NCBI GenBank assembly: GCA_950097015.1
Contig: CATNEN010000029.1
Coordinates: 5,332,001 to 5,396,000, forward strand
Direction: 5' to 3'
DNA from: Macrostomum hystrix
Taxonomy: Eukaryota > Animalia > Platyhelminthes
Length of the DNA: 64,000 nucleotides
Shown here piece after piece: positions 34,184 to 48,004 of this stretch (positions are counted from its first letter, which is position 1; each line of letters opens with the position of its first letter). The notes under the pieces were generated by a model, which worked only from the letters and a program-made list of their open reading frames with translations, did no database searches and was not told the DNA's origin. Made by a program: the position numbers and the translations under genes.

Positions 34184-36624
34184 GTTGACTGTTGTCTATC
34201 AAATCAGTAAGTAGCCAACACAAGTGAAATGATAATTCGGTGATCGCTTGTTTAACAGCAGGATCGGATTCGGTTATTTTCGGTTGCTGCGTATAGCAAG
34301 GGCTACTTATTTCTTTCCGCCTTGCAGGGTCTGGTCTGGCTCAGTTAGTGGGGTAGGCCATGTAGCAAAAAGTTCCGCGTACTGAGGGAGGGGGAGAGAG
34401 TCAGAAGGGGACCGCGCTCCTGTCTATCCCCTAATTCAGCATTCACTCAGTCCCGCGTTGGGGTCCCAATGGCCAATATCTCTTCCCCCCCGGGCGGGCC
34501 CTCTCCTCTATCCCTGCATGTTATACTCCCCGCCCCGAAACCACAGAACAGGACTCGGCGGTGTACACCCGGGAGGGGTAGCCTCCCCTCTCCCGTGTTT
34601 CCAGTGTACAAGCTAGGCTAGGCTAGGTAGGCTAACACCAAAGCGACACGAGAAATTGTACGTTTCTGTTGTTGATACTTTGATAATCTAAATTCTGCTA
34701 GACTCAGGGCAGAGCTAGAATTTTGATGAGACGAGATGCGAGATGTTCTAAAAAAGTTCTGAACTGCTGCAGCCTGCAGTACTGGCAAAACCAGCAAACT
34801 AAAGCACGATTTAAGTGCCAATAATTGGCTTATGGCTGATTTGAACTGACATTTTGCTGCTTGTGTATGCCAGGAACTGTCTGTTTCCTTACAAGTTCCC
34901 CATTCCTAATGAAACACTAAAGTACATTTGATTTGTCAACTAATGAGAGAGCAGTCGCTAATGCAGTTTTACTGTTTTGCCTTGGACGAAAATCCCTTGG
35001 ATTCCTCGGAGTACAAAACCCTGAGAAGTTCCAGAATTAAAGACTGAAAAAGCGAGTAGGAAAGAAGCATTTAGGAGTTGTGAGTTGTCGGGGGTTGGAG
35101 ATCGGTTTTCGGGGGAGACACGCTGAGCCGCTCTCTCCCGCCGCGATGCCTTCAATATCGATCGAGACAAGAAGAAGGAGAAAGAAAACACGGAGGGTGG
35201 GCGTCGGAGAGTGTAGAGGGAGAGAAGGGGCAGAGAGGAAGTTGCCCGCCTAAGCCGTCCAAAGGCTTTAGAAGCAGCCGTTGCTGCAAACGGTATGGGG
35301 GCCGCTTGGAGCTGAAGTGCAAGGAAGGAGGCTGGATGGGATCTGGATGGAGGGGAGGCAGGCAGGTGGAACTGTCGGCTTGCAAATCACCCACCCCCAG
35401 CTGCTTGCTTTGCCATTCTGCATCGGCTAGAGGGAGTTCCGCTTCATCATCGATTGCACAGACACTACTCCCTGCCTCCCTGCCTCCCTGCCTCTGTCTT
35501 CTGGCTGTAGCCGGGGCGACCCCTCTGACTGATCCCCTTCGCATCCGCACTTGGACTGGAAGCGAGGTGGGGGAAGAGGGGTGAAGCCAGGCTGGATTAT
35601 CCCAGCCGCTGCGCATCAATCCTGACAGCAGAGGGCCCCGGCCCACTTTCTCTGGCCTTATCCGCTCCATCTCATTCGATCCATAAGAGTCCCCGATAGC
35701 ATAATCCGAGTCCGCTGTCTAATTGACTTGGAAGCCCAAGGAGGCTTCGGATTTCGGCCGCTGAAAACCCGGCCTAGTTCCATCCCAGCCTCTTTCTGTC
35801 GCTTCTTCCCATCTTCCTCTTCTTTTTCCCATTTCTATTTCGTCCCCTCGGGCTCAAGGAGTGATCCTTCTCGCTCACTCATAAGTCGGCCTTCCCGTTC
35901 CATTTCCAGTTAATTTAGCCGGAACCAGCGGGTTGGAGAAAGCGCTAGTTCGGGTTGTTTGCATGGAGAAATTCGCGGGTCAAAAGTGCAGAATTCGGGC
36001 TCCTATCTTCTCTGAAAAAAACTTTCTATCCACTTTCCCTCACTGAATGCATCGATGCAGTTTATTTGTGTCCTACAGTCTGCATGGATTCCATGCGTCC
36101 GGAATTCAAGGGGCCGGCCTACTTCCCTCTCCAACCGCTCCCACTTGCCGATTCCCATTGCTGCAATCCTCTGAGCCAGGGGCAGTGGGTGCGTACACTT
36201 AGGGGATGTCGTCAGACGCAGCAGCTTCAGCGGCATAAGTATTGCTGCTTTTTTATCCAAACCCTGGTCACGCGACTCTCTTGTTCATTGATTCTGCCGG
36301 CCCGCTGCAGTACTGCGAATGGGAAGCAAATGTGACTCAGACATTGTTGGCTGCCTGCGTGAGGTTTGAGAGGAACTCAAATTGACTGCATCGCAATTTT
36401 AGAATGGTCGATGGGAGACGGGAAAATGTGGAAAAGATATTGGAGATAGGCAAATCAAGTAAAAAGGCAGAACCAAGATAAATTGTTTTCCTAAAAAAGA
36501 TAAGTGGAGAAAAAAATACAAGCTGATAAGTACCTTAGTTGTGCTACTGGAATCCAGAAGTCAGAAATCATTGAAGCGACAGATCAGAAATGCCAATGAA
36601 GTGAGGTACGTCTATTGAAAGATA

Positions 36625-37685
36625 GATGTCGGTGGACAAAAGGGATGTCTATGGAGCGAGAGAGGTGGGAGGACAGATGTATGTCGGTGCACAGAGGGAA
36701 GTCGGTGGACAGAGGGATGTCAGTGGACAGAGGGATGTCATGTGGACAGAGGGTTGTCATGTGGACAGAGGAATGTCGGTGGACAGAGGGTTGTCATGTG
36801 GACAGAGGGATGTTGGTGGACAGAGGGATGTCAGTGGACAGAGGGTTGTTGGTGGACAGAGGGTTGTCATGTTGACAGAGGGTTGTCATGTGGACAGAGG
36901 GATGTCATGTGGACAGAGGGATGTCATGTGGACAGAGGGATGTCATGTGGACAGAGGGTTGTCATGTGGACAGAGGGATGTCGGTGGACAGAGGGATGTC
37001 GATGGACAGAGGGTTGTTATGTGGACAGAGGAATGTCATGTGGACAGAGGGATGTCGGTGGACAGAGGGATGTCCGTGGACAGAGGGATGTCGGTGGACA
37101 GACGCATATCGGTGGACAGAGGGATCTCCGTGGACGGAGGGATGTCGATGGACAAAAGGGATTTCGTTGGACAGACGGATGTCGGTGGACAGTCGGATGT
37201 CGGTGGACAGAGGGATCTTCCCTCCGTGGACGGAGGGATGTCGATGGACAGAGGGTTGTCATGTGGACAGACGGATGTCGGTGGACAGTCGGATGTCGGT
37301 GGACAGAGGGATCTTCCCTCCGTGGACGGAGGGATGTCGGTGGACAGAGGGATCTTCCCTCCGTGGACGGAGGGATGTCGATGGACAGAGGGTTGTCATG
37401 TGGACAGACGGATGTTGGTGGACAGAGAGTTGTCATGTGGACAGAGGGATGTCGGTGGACAGAGGGATGTCGGTGGACAGAGGGATGTCGGTGGACAGAG
37501 GGATGTCGGTGGACAGAGGGATGTCGGTGGACAGACGGATGTCGGTGGACAGACGGATGTCGGTGGACAGAGGGATCTCCGTGGACGGAGGGATGTCGAT
37601 GGACAAAAGGGATTTCGTTGGACAGACGGATTTCAGTGGACAAAGGGATTTCGTTGGACAGAGGGATGTCGTTGGACAGGATGTT
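36625..37685. repeat. Degenerate minisatellite, 18 bp GGACAGAGGGATGTCGGT family
   Basis: Direct inspection. Confidence 0.9.
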
Positions 37686-38864
37686 GATGGGTCGAAGTTT
37701 ACTTTTTCGTTGTGGGACCTTAAAATAAACAAGCTTAACTAATACTAAAGTTGGTGGTTACAGTTCGGTCACATGTTCAGTTATAAACTTTTTACTAAAT
37801 TTTATTGAAGAGTGGTTGCTATGCGACGGAGTGACGCTGACTTTGCGACCAAAGCAGCGCACACAATTATTGATTTAGTTTAACGTCGTTTTATGCCACA
37901 GAATGCACAACAAACTCGACAGTTAGAGTTTTATGCGAATGAATGATATATATGTACTCGTAACAGATGTATTTTGGGTCACACGGGTATGCTGTGTGAA
38001 TTGTCAAGTTTAACTGGGGATGTTGATGAGTTTGAGTGTGACAGAGCAAACAGGAAGCGAAATTATAAATCCGATAAACAGTTCAGCATCAACGAAATTG
38101 ATCAAAGCTAGATATTGACAGCAGTTAAAGCTGGCAATAGAAGACAATAAATAGTACACGAATTCGAAAGTCATAAATCTAAAAAACACGTTTCTGTACA
38201 TGAAACAAGAATTAACTAACAATTGCGAGAAGCTGTACAATGGGCTGAATGTGGCAGAAACAATTGTTTACTATTTACTTCAGTAAACACTAAGTTTTTT
38301 ACTTCACTGAAAAAAGTAGGATTATTGTGCAATAATCATACTAAACAATTAATTTACTGGCGAAAAATGATAATAGACACGATATTGAGAATAGGAAAGC
38401 GATGGCTTTAAATGGCTTTAAATAAGTGTGACTGTTTTAAGCGCTATAGGCATATCAAGTAGAACACAGGAAATTTTAAAGAAAGAGGAAATTACAATAA
38501 TAAAACATAAGCATTAACAACTACTACTCGCCGGGAACAGTTTTAGTCAGGCGGTATATTCAATAAGAAAGTTTTAGTTGCCATGGTTGCAGGCAACAGT
38601 CGGATGAGAAGTACATAGTGTATTAAACGAAACGATATGAAAGCGAATGCGTCCGAATGCAGTTTCTAGGAAACAGAAAGCAGATAATCAAATCTTACAA
38701 AGGAAACGCCAGTAACAAAACTCAATCAGTGTACATTGTTTGGATCAGCAATTTCGGCGCATTTTAAATCTCTAGAAATGTGTTGCTGAGAACTCTAAAC
38801 TAAAAATATGATTTTAGACTGCACTTTTAGGCCTAAAACCCCACAAAACCTCAAAAAATTCCAG

Positions 38865-39262
38865 TAAGAGAGCCTCAGAATCCTTTAGAGGAATTTCAAA
38901 ATCCTTTAGCGGGAGAGCCTCGAAATCCTACAGTTCGAGAGCCTCAAAATGCTTCAGTTAGAGAGCCTCAAAATCCTTCAGTGGGACAGTTTCAGAATCC
39001 TACAGTTAGAGAACCTCAGAATCCTTTAGTTTGAGAGCCTCAAAACCCTTCAGTTAGAGAGCCTCAAAATCCTTTAGTTAGAGAGCTTCAAAATCCTTCA
39101 GTTAGAGAGCCTCAAAATCCTTCAGTTAGAGAGCTTCAAAATCCTTCAGTTAGAGAGCCTCAAAATCCTTCAGTTAGAGAGCCTCAAAATCCTTCAGTGG
39201 GAGAGCCTCAGAATCCTTCAGTTTGAGAGCCTCAGAATCCTCCAGTGGGAGAGACTCGAAAT
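38865..39262. repeat. Minisatellite, 24 bp GAGAGCCTCAAAATCCTTCAGTTA
   Basis: Begins ~100 nt downstream of the nuclear receptor stop. Confidence 0.9.
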
Positions 39263-39360
39263 GAAAAACCGGCATATACTAGAAATCTTAAAAATAAATA
39301 ATCGAGGTCCCAATAAGCAGTTTCCGAGCCTAAAGGTCAAAGTTCAACCGCTCGTCAGCT

Positions 39361-40617
39361 TCAAAGCTCTGCGTCGGCATCAGCTGTGTCGCCTTGCAGG
39401 TCGAGAAACTCGGCCATGAGCGGCCGCACCAGCCTTGCGTTGGCCTGTCCGGCCAGGTCGGCAAACTGGCGCTCCAGGCAGCGCAACTCGGCCAGCTGGG
39501 CCAGGATCTGCGGGTACAGGCGGCGGGCCTCGGACACCGGGTGCCGGGTTCGCAGCAGCCGCTCTAGCAGTCGGCAGTAGCCAGCCTGAGCGGACTCAAC
39601 TTCGGCGCGACCGTCAGCTGACAGAGCGGGGCGGTCCGGGCTGAAGAGGCAGGAGAGCAGCAGCAGGACCAGAGTCGGCCGGTCCGCCCGCAAGCCGCAG
39701 CGCAGGGCGGTGGCCAGGCGGAGCAGGGCTTGGCCGCTGGCGCCGGCAGCGCGCAGGAAGTCGCCGCCGTCCATCGCCAGCGAGTCGGCTCGATCGGCAT
39801 CGGCTGCGTCCAGGAATCGGGCGCCCTCCGGGTCGAAGCTGATGACGCCGCGAAGCAGGATCAGCTCCATGGCGCCGCCTTTGAGCAGAGCGACCTGAAG
39901 GCCGATCGGGCAATTATTGATTACACCAGCCCCAATAGGTGAGTGGTTCGTCCATGGACATGGCTGTTCAGTCCATGGACAGGGGAGCTCCATACCCACC
40001 CTGAATCACCCCAACTCATTTAACAGCTGGGTAAACTAGAGCAATGCAGAGTTAAGTGTCTTGCTTAAAGGACAAATATTTTTCCAGTGGAGACGGGATT
40101 CAGGAATCGAACCTCCGACCTTCCCCAGTCCAGCTCACCTTGTCCTGCTGGCTGAGCCGGCGAAACGGTTCAAGCCGCTTACTCAAATCGATGACGCGAA
40201 GCACGGACAGCTCGGCGAAGTTGATGAGGTCGTCCACGCCGACTGGGGCGGTGGGCCGTTCGCTTGGCGCCTGCGGCGGCAGCACGCACGCCTCCGAGCT
40301 GGCGTAGCTGTCCAGAGCGCTGCGCAGGTCGGCGAGCTCAGACTCGGTCAGCAGCTCGCGCTGGGACAGCTCGGCGGCCGGCAGGTCCTTCGGCAGCAGT
40401 TGCAGAGCCTCCAGGCTGCGAACTAACCTGCACACCGGGTGGAAGAAAGTAGAAACTGGAATTGCCTCATCAAGAATGTGTATACAAAGGTGCTGTGGGA
40501 CATTTCGATCTTTAAGGCTCACTTTTAGGAGCATTATTAATAATAATTGATTACACCTGCCCCGGTCGTTGCGCGGCGCATCTGATGGCTGCAGCTGCAC
40601 AAAGGTTCTGGAGCCTC

Positions 40618-40687
<70 letters not shown>

Positions 40688-43215
40688 CAGTTGATTCTAA
40701 GTGAATGCATCAGCTGGACTACACTATTTGCCAATCCCAATGGGAATAGAGTCTAGTCCACACGGGGGATATCCATGACTGATACTGAAATAGTGCGCCT
40801 AAATAATTTATTAGCTTAGCAACCCTCCGCTGCGCACTCATAATCTATCTGCTCAACTCACTCGCGCCCGCTCGCTTCATGGTCCCAGAACAGCCAGTTG
40901 CTCAAGCCAGTTGCTTGAGCTATTGGGTTGAGCTCAAGCCACCCTCAAGCCACCCAGAAACTCCTGCAGACCATCAATTTGTTCAGAATTGTGTTCAGTA
41001 AAAATTCCCTTTTTGACATGCTTTTCGGGTGATGAACTGCTAAAAAATAGCTTGGATATTTTATTGTTGCTACTTACAGTAGGTTTGGAGTTTTTTAGAC
41101 AAAACATTCGAGGCTCATTGAATCAGGACCAGGGATTTCTGGCAAGAAGCGACCTCTGGTTTCTTTTCACTTACTTATTCTGGTCGATCTTCTTCCGCTT
41201 GACCTGCTTCTCCTCCTCGGACAGGATGTACTCCTTCTTCATGCCGACCTCGAAGCACTTGCGAAGGCGGCAGCGCTTGCAGAAGCGCCTGTTGGAAACA
41301 TCCATGACGCAGTGGCCCTCGTAGGGACACTTGAAAGCAGCCTTTGAAGTAGAGTGAGAGTAATAAATTGCATCACGCTGGCTCCCGAATTTACATAATG
41401 GGATTCCGATCCCACTTCTCGGTACTGCATATTTTGATACCACTTTCTTCAACTAAAATCCTGATCCTATATCCCATTGCTATACTGTAAACCACATCCT
41501 ACTAGAATCCAAATCCCACTTCCCTGTACTAGAATCCAAATCCCACTTCCCTGTACTAGAATCCAAATCCCACTTCCCTGTACTAGAATCCAAATCCCAC
41601 TTCCCTGTACTAGAATCCAAATCCCACTTCCCTGTACTAGAATCCAAATCCCGCTTCCCTGTACTAGAATCCAAATCCCGCTTCCCTGTACTAGAATCCA
41701 AATCCCACTTTCCTGTACTAGAATCCAAATCCCACTTTCCTGTACTAGAATCCAAATCCCACTTCCCCGTACTAGAATCCAAATCCCACTTTCCTGTACT
41801 AGAATCCAAATCCCACTTTCCTGTACTAGAATCCAAATCCCGCTTCCCTGTACTAGAATCCCAATCCCAACTCGAGAAGCTTCATGCAAACTCACCACAC
41901 CGCGACCAGCGTTGCGTCTAAAGAATGCCTTGCAGCTCTCGCAGCTGACAGCATCAAAGTTGAAGCCGAGCGCTTTGTCGCCGCACACGCCGCAAATTTT
42001 GTCTTCGCGAGGCCGCGGCACCCGTCGCTGCGGCCCGACACCGCCGCTGCCCGCGGATGACGAGCTGACGATCCCGACGGCGGCCCCGTTCGGCGACAAC
42101 GGCTCAGACTTAGCTGGCTCCGGCGGGGTGACACATTCGAAAAGAAAGTCCCGCTCGAGCGACTGCTGGACTATGATCGGCTGCGGCTGCTGCTGCTTCT
42201 GCTGCAGTTCAGAGAAAGCTGAGTATGTGCCAGTGGAATCCGAGACTGGTGACAGGTCGTCAGAGCCACCGAGAATGTAACAGCCGTACGCGGCCGACTC
42301 CTCCTGCTCGAAGGGAGCCAGAAGCTCGAACTTCAAGTCATCCAGAGGGCCGCGCATTGTGGATGTCATCAGACTGTGCTGCGGCTGCTGTACCTGTACC
42401 TGCTGCTGCTGCTGCTGCTGCTGCGATTGTTGTGGGTACTGGAATTGCAGCGACTGCTGCTGCTGTTGCTGTATTTGCTGCGGCTGCTGCATTTGTTGCT
42501 GTTCATAAAATGGCCAAATTAATTGATTCTGCTGCTGTGGATGCTGTGGCGCCACCTGGCTGTAAGGGTGCAAATCGCCTTTTAGTTATTGCGCTACAGT
42601 AAAAAAATTGGCGGACATTTTCATATACTGCTACTAACACGAATTAAGTAGGCAAGTTTGCGTTTTCTACTTCTCTTTTTATGTTACTCGTAATGTACTA
42701 TGTGCTATTATGTGCTATGTGAAAGGCTGTAAAATACGTAGGCGACCCACTTTCAGCCTAAGAGACCCAAGCTTTCCCTTATCGCGTCCAATTTATAGCC
42801 TACACCGTAAAATTCGTGATAGAAACGATTTCTCACCTTTCCCCACGAGCGACTTTTGCGGATTCTATTAATAACAATGATGAATAAGGATTTTGTCACA
42901 CAAACCACGACAATAAGGAAATTTTCAAAGCGCTCTATGAATCAATATTTTTTGTGTTGGTGGAAATCTGAAAATCTGTACGCTCAAATGTTTAACAACT
43001 AAGAAATTTTTTTTAACTTAACAAAGAAATCTAACACGATGTGCAGAAGAATGAAAAATAATGCACACATCGCTTGCTATAATATAAGGCCAAACTCAGC
43101 TGTAAAAAGAAAGCCAATATAGGGCCTATACATCATATTGATCTTCAGTTTTAAAGCCAAGTATTCAAGAATCAGCTTACCTTCCATAATCAGATTTCAT
43201 ACAGATTGATGTCAT
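39361..43215 (-). CDS. Nuclear receptor, NR1J (HR96/DAF-12/NHR-8-like) group, ~562 aa
   Basis: Exons 43181-43215 (tentative), 41896-42559, 41175-41341, 40139-40427, 39361-39894. [30 protein letters not shown] has the ESCKA P-box typical of NR1J; second finger CPYEGHC...[14 protein letters not shown]; [23 protein letters not shown] and AF-2-like PLMAEFL; poly-Q N-terminus. Confidence 0.9.
39911..40125 (-). mobile_element. SINE family A copy filling most of a nuclear receptor intron
   Basis: Reverse strand reads AAGGTCGGAGGTTCGATTCC...TGTCCTTTAAGCAAGACACTTAACTCTGCATTGC...ACCCAGCTGTTAAA...GTCCATGGACTGAAC...GGTGTAATCAATAAT. Confidence 0.75.
40620..40684. repeat. (AC)n microsatellite
   Basis: Direct inspection. 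Confidence 0.98.
41498..41868. repeat. Intronic minisatellite, 27 bp TACTAGAATCCAAATCCCACTTCCCTG x~13
   Basis: Lies in the intron between the two zinc-finger exons of the nuclear receptor. Confidence 0.95.
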
Positions 43216-45111
43216 TGTCTTCTGAATTACCTGTGCTCTGTCTTATTTTACTTTTACTGCTTAATTAAATTCAGTTGAATTGTTTTAACTCGGATAAAAA
43301 TATAAGTGGTTGCGATACGCACTGGCTGAGACTGGCGGATTTGTTTTGCTCGGGTGCATTGGGTTTAAAGATCGCGGCATTTTATGCGAATTTCAGCCTG
43401 AGCGGCGGGGGTTGCGGCGGTCCAGTCGCACCACCCCCTCCCTTCTCTCTCCTCTCTGGCGCCGTCCTTCCTCTCTATTCTTTCTATCGCAGGGTTCACC
43501 CGGTATGGCCAGGCGTGGCAGAGCCCAGCTATATTTGGAAATCTCAGTCTGGCTGGCCCAATGCGTCACTGGTGTACACTCGGGGCCGCCGGGCTGCGTA
43601 CATTCCAGACCCCGAAAGGGCGTGCACTACTGATAATTCCACAGAATTCCAGTTGAATTAGTGGAATAAGGGAAAAGGAGGATGAGGAAGTGGAGTAGAA
43701 ATTGGAGCACGTGATAATTTTTTCTCATTTCTTTCCGACCAGCCCGCAGTCTAATTTGTGAATTATAAAACGGATTTAAATGAAGGAAATGGTTGTCCAC
43801 GAAGGCAAAAGAAACTTTTTAAAACTTTTTTTTCTGAATCTTAAACGTTAAGCCTGACTATAAAAAGGCAAAAAGCTGGTACGGAAGGAAACGGCGTTTT
43901 CTAGGATTTTAATAAGCTCGTTTAAATAAATCTCAATTGCTAATAGCATATTATTGTTATTATTCAGCTTTTTGTTTGTAAATTGTAAACGTGTAAAGGT
44001 TATTAAGCAAATACATGATCAGGAAAAATTATTTTAGAAGTTTTAGGTTTCAGTTTCTGATATTTTGTTCGGTAATACTTGGAAAATTCTCTTTTTATTA
44101 TGATAAGTAAAAATAATTACTATAAAAATTTGTATTACTTCTGCAGTATTCCGTTAAACATAAAGAACATTTTAAATAGAAAATGATATCATATTTCTAT
44201 AGATTCTCATGTGACACGCGCGGGGTGGGGTCCACTGGGGTGACAGAGAGCAAACCCCTAATGTACATAATAAGATGTACATTCTAGCCACTAAGGGAGG
44301 GGGAGAATCCACGAAGTCATTCCGTACACGCAAACCCTCGCCTCTCAAGCTGCAAGTTGAGAAAGTGCGGCAAAATGCACCGAATGACCCCGAGCAGGCA
44401 ATCCAAGACAGAACGTTAATGCTTTTGTACGAAATTGTCGGCCAAGTCGTTAAGATAAAAAACAAATTGCGGTGTTCAGTTTCGCCAAACAACGAATTCA
44501 AAGCTGACTTGGGAACTAAAAGTCACCCCGAGTTCAATGAGGAAATGTTTTAAATTCACTATATTATTTTCTTGACTGAAACAGAATGTGTAAGCGGGAT
44601 GGTTGCGTCCGAAATCCATGCCTGTGCCTTCAAATGTTGTGCAGGAAATTTCTAAAAACTTAAAGTTGTAGCGAATTCGCGGGCTTCATTTTTTATTTCT
44701 AAAGGCTTCAATTTCTGCTGAAGTTATTTATTAACCTTTGAGTCTTGGAGGATAAGTTGAGGACACAAAAGTGGAGTCACCCGGTGCGAAATCTTCTGGC
44801 CAGGACCACTTATAATGCTTCTGCGCAAAAGTAAAAAAAATGCAAGGAGCAGGAAAGCAACGGATGAGCGAAAGAAGAGGCTCGCCAAATCCCAGCAGGA
44901 AAAGTGATTTCTTGCCCGGACAGAGCTTCTTTGAATCTGAGGATGCCGACTGATTTAACAAGGTTTACTGCATTGCCCTCGGACAACAGAGTGTAGGTAT
45001 CCGCTTTGGGACAGAGGAATAAGCGCGTGAATAACACATATAGAATTAAATAACTTCTCGGGATTAACTTCTCGTCCAGAATTTCATAGTTTAGGAAATT
45101 TATGAACCTTA

Positions 45112-46320
45112 GCTTGCTGACACCCTTAGCTAACTAACTCACACCCTAACAAACTGACACCCTAACTAGCTGACACCCTAACAAACTGACACCCTATCTA
45201 GCTGACACCCTAACTAACTGACACCCTTAGCTAACTAACTCACACCCTAACAAACTGACACCCTAACTAGCTGACACCCTAACAAACTGACACCCTATCT
45301 AGCTGACACCCTAACTAACTGACACCCTTAGCTAACTAACTCACACCCTAACAAACTGACACCCTAACTAGCTGACACCCTAACTAACTGACACCCTTAG
45401 CTAACTAACTCACACCCTAACAATCTGATACTCTAACTAGCTGACACCCTAACTAACTGACACCCTTAGCTAACTAACTCACACCCTAACAAACTGACAC
45501 CCTAACTAGCTGACACCCTAACTAACTGACACCCTTAGCTAACTAACTCACACCCTAACAATCTGATACTCTAACTAGCTGACACCCTAACTAACTGACA
45601 CCCTTAGCTAACTAACTCACACCCTAACAAACTGACACCCTAACTAACTGAAAACCTAACAAACTGACACACTGACTAACTGACAAACTGACACCCTAAC
45701 TAACTGAAAACCTAACTAACCGACATCCTAACAAACTGACACCCTAACTAACTGACTAACAAACTGACACCCTAACAAACTGACACCCTAACTAACTGAC
45801 TAACAAACTGACACCCTAACAAACTGACACCCTAACTAGCTGACACCCTAACAAACTGACACCCTTAGCTAACTAACTCACACCCTAACAAACTGACACC
45901 CTAACTAGCTGACACCCTAACTAGCTGACACTCTAACTAGCTGATACCCTAACTATCTGATAACACTTACAAACTGACACACTAAATAGCTAAAAACCCT
46001 AAAAAACTAACACCATAACAAACTGACAACCTAACAAACTGACACACTAACTAACTGACAAACTGACACCCTAACTAACTAAAAACCGAACTAACCGACA
46101 TCCTAACAAACTGACACCCTAACTGACTAACAAACTGACACCCTAACAAACTGACACCCTAACAAACTGACACCCTAACTAACTGACACCCTAACAAACT
46201 GACACTCTAACTAACTGACAAACCTAACAAACTGACACCCTAACAAACTGACACCCTAACTAACTGACACCCTAACAAACTGACACTCTAACTAACTGAC
46301 AAACCTAACAAACTGACGCA
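45112..46320. repeat. Degenerate 16 bp minisatellite CTGACACCCTAAC(T/A)AA containing the telomeric hexamer CCCTAA
   Basis: Direct inspection; ~87-103 bp higher-order blocks in the first half. Confidence 0.9.
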
Positions 46321-48004
46321 CTTAGGTTGCTGCCACCCCTTTAGCTAGCAGACAGGCCGTTTTTGCCCTTTAACATGCTTTCCGATCTTCATAATTCGGA
46401 TATAATTCGACCCAGTTTCCGCCTTGAGTATTATTTACAAAGCTTTACAAAAAGCACTACATTCCCCCCAGGCCTCAGCAAAATGGCGCAGAAAAACAAA
46501 CACAAGAGAGACTTGATCCGACGGATTGCACCTTAACACAACAAAAAAATTACTTACAGTGTTCACAGATTTCACAGAGTTTTCACAAAAGTTTTCACTT
46601 TTAATAGAGCATCCTCTTATTCAGCTAGTCAGTAAGATGATCATAGTCTAATCGTGACGCTATCGGCCTAAAATCAAACGCTTTATATAGACCTGCAAAA
46701 GTATTCTATAGCGCAAAGATCACAGGGATGATTTTTAAGGACATTTTTGGCCTGAGCTTGCTGTGTGCTAGTGTAAAGTGGGGTGTAGAGGCGGCTGTAA
46801 TTGATGAGCCTGCACCCCGGCCATTGCGCCGCCCACCCCCACTCCCTGGGGGTGAGGGAAAGGAAACATCAAAGGAGGCGTGCCGACTGTTCTTAGTATT
46901 TATTAAGTCGGGAAGTGAGAAGGCAGAGAAGGAGGAGAAAGGAACTTTTTATATAGGCATACAATAATGTGTGTTAATTTAGCTCACTTCAGCTCGAATA
47001 ATTTCGTGTAGAGCGCAAAGGTCAACGGGTGCATTCATTGCAGCCTCGCGTTATTTCAGTATAACTGTGTATTTACTTACTTTAAGCGTTAATAATTATT
47101 ACGCACAATCATTTTATTAATAATCTGTGATATGCAAACATTTTCGTTTGTTTTGTGAGTAATACTCGTTCAACAGTTTTCATTTTCTTTTTTGAGAAAG
47201 CTTTACATCTGAGAACAACCTTTGCCAAGGAATTTCAGGAATTTACATGTGACCCATTATCGTGTCATGAGTGTGCACACAGTGCCTCCAAATAATTGCT
47301 ATGCTCAAGATTAGAGTCATTTGAAGAATCGCTGACACAAGTTAAGGTCTAAAATATAGTGTATACAGTTACAAAAATATTTTAGTTACTTATTTGTTCA
47401 CTCGTTAAAAAATACAAAATACCAAAAAGAAGTGAAGTGAACGCATATGTACATTGCCACACACTACATCTGTATTAAGCAGGTGATATCTCTTATCGAT
47501 CAGGTGATGTCTGCTTAACAAGGCCAAAACAAAATCAGGGAAATGCTATTCTTTGAAACGACTGGCGGCATTTTTAATCCGCTTCATTGACCGGCTTCTG
47601 CGTCGAGGATAGAAGCTTAAACAAAGACTTTATCAGTGCAAACAGAACAAAGACTAGTTCGGATTGGTTTTAGAAATGCAAATTCTTTGTCGGACAAAAT
47701 AGCCTCGTTTTGAAAATTTGCACCGAGATTGTCTTATCAAATATAGAGGGCAGGAAAAAGCCACAGTTGATTGTAAGAAATTAACTATAACAAAGCGTTA
47801 TAACTCACTAAACAAGCATTGAGCGCCTGACAATCAGATAAAACTGTCAATCACTGGGTACAGCTGTCACAAACCTCCAGTGCACATTGTCTAAAAATAG
47901 TTGCTGGCCTCTATCTTATCTTTATTGAAATAAAGAGTTTATATTTACAGCAAATACACTAGATGTGTCCAATCCCAAAGTTCCAAAAAATATCTTCGTG
48001 GAAC

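Noticed and set aside
34290-36350. GC-rich block with ORFs 35152..35670, 35955..36335 and 36003..36260
   Set aside because: No recognisable domain or consistent splice chain; may be regulatory or element-derived but cannot be called from sequence alone.
6832-41868. Idea that intronic repeat units avoid GT on the sense strand
   Set aside because: True for the 17-18, 20 and 23/24-bp units, but the 18, 27 and 54-bp intronic units contain GT (one has GTGAG), so the pattern is inconsistent.
44275-44553. 92-aa plus-strand ORF
   Set aside because: No recognisable motif or supporting exon structure.
73-48000. Long repeat-derived ORFs in the track (e.g. 1016..2479, 9453..10448, 16750..17595, 22652..24228, 32046..32713, 36626..37742, 41477..42280)
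   Set aside because: They are translations of minisatellites, often open in several frames or on both strands. Many lie inside introns of genes supported by family motifs, and unit lengths or variants often break frame.
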